NCBI GenBank assembly: GCA_021648045.1
Contig: JAKITM010000004.1
Span: forward strand, 632-64,631
Source of the DNA: Lysobacterales bacterium
GTDB taxonomy: Bacteria; Pseudomonadota; Gammaproteobacteria; Xanthomonadales; SZUA-36
Length of the DNA stretch: 64,000 nucleotides
Direction: 5' to 3'
This document shows positions 59,911 through 64,000 of the stretch, one piece after another (position 1 is the stretch's first letter; every line of letters begins with the position of its first letter). Under the pieces are notes generated by a model, which saw only the letters and a list, made by a program, of their open reading frames with translations, did no database searches and was not told where the DNA came from. A program made the translations under genes and the position numbers.

Positions 59911-61257
59911 ATGACCGATCCTAGAATTCTCGTTGTAGATGATGAAGCCGCTATCTGCGAGCTGGTAAAAGATATCCTCGAAGATGAAGGCTATCAAGTT
60001 GATACCGCCGAGAACGGAGAATCCGCGCGGGCAAAATTTAGCGCTGAAATGCCGGATCTGGTATTGCTCGACATCTGGATGCCAGACACAGATGGTATTT
60101 CTCTACTACACGAATGGCAGGCTCAAAACAGCCAATGCTGCCCGATTGTAATGATCTCCGGCCACGGCACGGTTGAAACCGCAGTAGAGGCAACCCGCGC
60201 GGGTGCCTTCGACTTTGTGGAAAAACCTTTATCGCTGGGCAAGCTCATTATGACAGTGGAAAAAGCGCTGGAAAGCGGTCGCAATTCAGCTAATGCTGAG
60301 GCTGCACCTGCCCGCTCACAAGCCGCCCCCGAGCCCTTAGGTAGCAGCGCTATAATGGCAGACCTCAGAGCTAAAGCCGAGCAAGTTGCAGCCGTAAGCG
60401 AGGCGGTGTTGATTTCCGGTGAAGCCGGTTCCGGCAAGGAAACCCTGGCGCGTTATATCCACCACCTAAGCAAGCAATCCGGTGGCGACTTTATTGTGCT
60501 CGACTTTAATGGCAGTGCAGAAAACCAGTTGCGACAATTGCTGCTCGGCGGCTCCGGCGAAAGCGGCATACTCGAAGCAGCCAACGGCGGCAGTCTTTAT
60601 ATCAACGATTTGGGACAAGTGCCTGCATTGGCACAGCAAATCATTAACACCGTTTTGGAAAGCGGGCTAATCAGTAGTGGCCGCCCGTTCAACGCCCGTA
60701 TTATTGCCGCCAGCAGCGCCCAACCGGAACAACTAATGAAAACGGGCGGACTGAATAAAGAGCTGTATTTCCGCCTTAATGTTTTACCACTGGCGGTGCC
60801 ATCGCTGCGCGAACGCCAGGAAGATATTATCGAACTGCTGCGCTATTACACCGAATATTTTCCCAGTAGAGAAAAACTCCCTTACCGGCATTTTTCGGTA
60901 GCTGCCCAAAACCGGCTGCGCCACTATGACTGGCCGGGCAATGTTCGCGAACTGCGAAATATGGTGAAGCGCCTGCTCATCATGGGTCAGGGCTCCGAAG
61001 TCAGTGCTCAGGAAGTCGATAGCGCGATTAAACGCAGCGTGGTGGAACCGGTTGCCGGCAACAACCGTCTGAGCAAAGTATTTGAGTTACCCCTGCGAGA
61101 AGCCAGAGAGCAATTTGAGCGCGAATACCTGACCCATCAACTGCGCGAAGCCGGTGGCAGTGTAGGCAAGCTCGCGGCCGCTGTTGGCATGGAACGCACC
61201 CATCTTTATCGCAAATTACGGGCTTTGGGCATTGACCCCAAGTCGGTTAAAAGCTGA
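59911..61257 (+). CDS. NtrX-like response regulator (REC - degenerate AAA+ - Fis-type HTH)
   Basis: 448 aa. The receiver has DDE...DLVLLDIWMPDTDG. Walker A is GEAGSGKE, but there is no GAFTGA loop and Walker B reads LYINDL. The C-terminal HTH reads GSVGKLAAAVGMERTHLYRKL. Confidence 0.85.
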   Translation: MTDPRILVVDDEAAICELVKDILEDEGYQVDTAENGESARAKFSAEMPDLVLLDIWMPDTDGISLLHEWQAQNSQCCPIVMISGHGTVETAVEATRAGAFDFVEKPLSLGKLIMTVEKALESGRNSANAEAAPARSQAAPEPLGSSAIMADLRAKAEQVAAVSEAVLISGEAGSGKETLARYIHHLSKQSGGDFIVLDFNGSAENQLRQLLLGGSGESGILEAANGGSLYINDLGQVPALAQQIINTVLESGLISSGRPFNARIIAASSAQPEQLMKTGGLNKELYFRLNVLPLAVPSLRERQEDIIELLRYYTEYFPSREKLPYRHFSVAAQNRLRHYDWPGNVRELRNMVKRLLIMGQGSEVSAQEVDSAIKRSVVEPVAGNNRLSKVFELPLREAREQFEREYLTHQLREAGGSVGKLAAAVGMERTHLYRKLRALGIDPKSVKS

Positions 61258-61263
61258 GACAAC

Positions 61264-62640
61264 ATGAAAATTGTAATTTTAGGTGCGGGTCAAGTCGGTT
61301 CATCGGTTGCCGCACAGCTAGCCATCGAAGCCAATGATATTACCGTCGTCGATATGGATGAGTTGCGTCTGCGTGAACTGCAGGACCGCCTCGATATCCG
61401 CACAGTGCAAGGTTATGCCTCATGGCCAACCGTATTGATGCGCGCCGGGATTGAAGATGCCGACCTGCTGATTGCAGTTACCAATAGCGATGAAATTAAT
61501 ATGATGGCGGCACAGGTGGCCTTTTCCCTGTTCAACACCCCGCTGAAAATCGCCCGCATCCGTGCCAGTGAATACCTAGAACATCCCGAGCTGTTTACCT
61601 CCCATGACTGCCCCGTTGACCACCATATCAGTCCGGAACAGGAAGTAACCGATTATATAAAAAGACTGATTGAATTCCCCAGCGCTCTACAGGTGCTCGA
61701 TTTTGCAGAAGGCCGGGCACAATTGGTAACCGTTCGCGCCAGCGAGGGCGGCTGGCTAGTGGGTAAGCGCATTCGGGAAATGACCTCCCACTTGCCAGAA
61801 GGTGTTGAAACCCGGGTAGCCGCTATATTTCGTGGCAAAGAAGCCTTTATCCCACATGCCGGTACCATTATCGAAGATGATGACATCGTATATTTCCTCG
61901 CGGCGCGTAAAGATATTCAGACAGTTATTTCAGAAATGCGCCGACTAGAAGCTCCGGTAAAACGCATCATTCTTGCCGGTGGCGGCAATATTGGTTTTTC
62001 TCTGGCGCGCGCACTGGAAAACAAATACCACACTAAACTCATCGAACGCAGCCGTGAGCGCGCGGCTGGTATTGCCGAAAATCTAGAAACCGCCATTGTT
62101 TTGGTCGGTGATTGCTCAGATGTGGAATTGTTACAGGAAGAAAGCATCGAAAAAACCGATGTGTATGTTGCCCTGACCAATGATGATGAGGCGAATATCT
62201 TGTCTTCCATGCTGGCAAAAAAACTGGGTGCACGAAAAGTCATTACTTTGATTAACCGACCGGCATATATCGAACTGGTTGAAGCTGGCAATATTGATAT
62301 TGCCATCTCCCCGCAACAGGTCACTATTGGCGCCTTATTAACCCATGTACGCCGTGGTGAAATGGTGCGGGTGCATTCACTCAGTGGCGGCAAGGCGGAA
62401 GCAATTGAGGCCGTTGCCATCGGCGACCGCGGCAGTTCTAGAGTAATTGGTCGCCGTATCGATGAAATTAAGCTACCACCGGAAACCACTATCGGTGGTG
62501 TCGTTCGCGGTGATGCGGTGCTAATGGCGCATCATGATTTTGTCATCGAGAAAGACGATCACGTCATCTTGTTTGTGCTCGATAAAAAACAAATTTCAGC
62601 TGTTGAAAAACTGTTTCAACCCAGCGTCAGCTTTATTTAA
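61264..62640 (+). CDS. trkA: Trk system potassium uptake protein TrkA
   Basis: 458 aa with two RCK/NAD-binding repeats (MKIVILGAGQVGSS and RIILAGGGNIGFS). Confidence 0.95.
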   Translation: MKIVILGAGQVGSSVAAQLAIEANDITVVDMDELRLRELQDRLDIRTVQGYASWPTVLMRAGIEDADLLIAVTNSDEINMMAAQVAFSLFNTPLKIARIRASEYLEHPELFTSHDCPVDHHISPEQEVTDYIKRLIEFPSALQVLDFAEGRAQLVTVRASEGGWLVGKRIREMTSHLPEGVETRVAAIFRGKEAFIPHAGTIIEDDDIVYFLAARKDIQTVISEMRRLEAPVKRIILAGGGNIGFSLARALENKYHTKLIERSRERAAGIAENLETAIVLVGDCSDVELLQEESIEKTDVYVALTNDDEANILSSMLAKKLGARKVITLINRPAYIELVEAGNIDIAISPQQVTIGALLTHVRRGEMVRVHSLSGGKAEAIEAVAIGDRGSSRVIGRRIDEIKLPPETTIGGVVRGDAVLMAHHDFVIEKDDHVILFVLDKKQISAVEKLFQPSVSFI

Positions 62641-62648
62641 GCTAAGTC

Positions 62649-64000
62649 ATGAGACGCCATTCCATCCAGAGCATCATCGGTATTCTGCTGCTGCTTTCCG
62701 GTTTGATGATGCTCCCGCCTGCGCTGGTAAGTTATCTTTATCAGGACCAGACTCATAGCGCATTCCTCAAGAGTTTTGCTATCCAAATACTCCTTGGAGG
62801 CATGCTCTACCTGCCGGTACGACAGGCCCAGTATGACCTGCGCCTACGGGATGGCTTCCTGGTGGTTGCGGTATCTTGGCTAACCTTGTGCATCGGCGGA
62901 TCTATCCCTTTCTTGTTGCTGGACAACATCAATATTAGTGTAGTCGATGCTTTTTTTGAAACTGTCTCGGGCCTAACCACCACCGGTGCTACCGTACTAA
63001 CCCAAATTGATGATCTGCCTCGCGGCATTCAATTTTACCGCCAGCAGACTCAATGGTTTGGCGGCATGGGCATTATTGTATTAGCCGTTGCAGTACTGCC
63101 GATGCTGCGAGTCGGTGGTATGCAACTGTTCCGCGCCGAAACCCCGGGGCCGATGAAAGACAGCAAACTGACTCCACGGATTACCGAAACCGCCAAGGCA
63201 TTATGGCTGATTTATTTAGGTCTAACCGTCGCCTGCGCACTCGCCTACTGGCTCGCCGGCATGAGTGGTTTTGATGCCATTAGCCACGCATTTTCCACCG
63301 TATCTATCGGCGGGTTCTCCACCCACGACAGCAGTATCGCCTGGTTCAACAGCCCGTTAATTGAGTCCATCGCCATGGTGTTTATGGTGATCTCAGGGAT
63401 GAATTTTGCCTTACACTTCATCGCCTGGCGAAACGCCACAACATTGCCCTATCGCCAAGATGCCGAAGTAAAAGTCTATTTAACTCTGCTGCTGTTTGCC
63501 GGCGTAGTAGTCAGTGCCGGTTTGTACTTAACCAGCACCTTTGGCTCAGTTGGCGAGTCGATGCGCTACGGCCTGTTTCAGGCGGTGTCGTTTCTGACAA
63601 CCACCGGGTATACCACCGCTCCCAGTTATCTATGGCCCGGAACATTACCCGTCATATTAATGATGATGGCTACCATCGGTGGCTGTGCAGGCTCTACCGG
63701 CGGGGGCATGAAAGTGATGCGGGTGATGATGCTATACCGACAATCTGTACGCGAAATTCATCACTTAATCCACCCCAATGCTACTATTCCCACAAAGATG
63801 GGCGGCAAAACCATTTCCGGCAAAGTGATGTATGCCGTCTGGGGTTTCTTCTTCCTCTACATGGCCAGCTTCGCCATTCTCTCACTGCTAGTAACCACCA
63901 CCGGAGTCGACCCAATCACCGCTTTTTCAACAGTCGGCGCCAGTCTCGCCAACCTAGGCCCTGCCATGGGTGAAGCCGGCGAAAACTACGCCAGCATCAA
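62649..64000 (+). CDS. trkH: Trk system potassium uptake protein TrkH (3' end truncated by the window)
   Basis: Not in the ORF track because the ORF is open at the window end. From ATG 62649 it reads MRRHSIQSIIGILLLLSGLMMLPPALV... with TrkH selectivity-filter-like motifs (SGLTTTGAT, SIGGFSTHD, TTTGYTT, CAGSTGGGMK). Confidence 0.9.
   Translation, partial: MRRHSIQSIIGILLLLSGLMMLPPALVSYLYQDQTHSAFLKSFAIQILLGGMLYLPVRQAQYDLRLRDGFLVVAVSWLTLCIGGSIPFLLLDNINISVVDAFFETVSGLTTTGATVLTQIDDLPRGIQFYRQQTQWFGGMGIIVLAVAVLPMLRVGGMQLFRAETPGPMKDSKLTPRITETAKALWLIYLGLTVACALAYWLAGMSGFDAISHAFSTVSIGGFSTHDSSIAWFNSPLIESIAMVFMVISGMNFALHFIAWRNATTLPYRQDAEVKVYLTLLLFAGVVVSAGLYLTSTFGSVGESMRYGLFQAVSFLTTTGYTTAPSYLWPGTLPVILMMMATIGGCAGSTGGGMKVMRVMMLYRQSVREIHHLIHPNATIPTKMGGKTISGKVMYAVWGFFFLYMASFAILSLLVTTTGVDPITAFSTVGASLANLGPAMGEAGENYASI

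Overview
This 64-kb window comes from a gammaproteobacterial chromosome. The gene order follows the Pseudomonas-type origin-proximal blocks (rsmG-parA-parB-atpIBEFHAGDC-glmU-glmS and trkA-rsmB-fmt-def / tsaP-dprA-smg). Most of it is housekeeping: glmS, glmU, a complete F1Fo ATP synthase operon, parAB, rsmG, gshA, rluE, algC, dut, radC, rpmB-rpmG, mutM, hemB, aroE, polA, hemF, tsaC, topA, smg, dprA, a LysM/TsaP-like gene, def-fmt-rsmB and trkA-trkH (3' end cut by the window edge). It also holds two family-5 peptide/nickel-type ABC importers and an NtrY/NtrX-like two-component pair. I saw no rRNA, tRNA or CRISPR array. Eight things stand out. (1) At the left edge, a TGT-terminated array of three contiguous 20-bp repeats lies 24 nt past the glmS stop. 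That is the attTn7 position, and AT-rich DNA with a Phd/YefM antitoxin follows, so this is probably the end of a Tn7-family element whose body lies off-window. (2) A GC-rich, strongly self-complementary ~380-bp non-coding segment sits between the convergent polA and hemF genes, including a perfect 20-bp inverted repeat pair. (3) An AT-rich cluster of small metal-associated membrane or His/Cys-rich proteins (YHS, DUF2933-like and others) has no transporter nearby and is preceded by a perfect 23-bp palindrome. (4) A four-gene AT-rich insertion (SDR, hydrolase, ECF sigma, membrane partner) lies between atpI and parB. (5) AlgC carries a ~370-aa membrane-anchored N-terminal extension. (6) The conserved N-terminus of dprA is in frame but has no canonical start; a CTG overlaps the upstream stop as CTGA. 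(7) The sensor kinase and its response regulator are separated by a 5-kb ABC operon on the opposite strand, and the regulator's AAA+ domain looks degenerate. (8) A TRAP DctQ gene is orphaned. All family assignments rest on motif recognition by eye. No database search was run.
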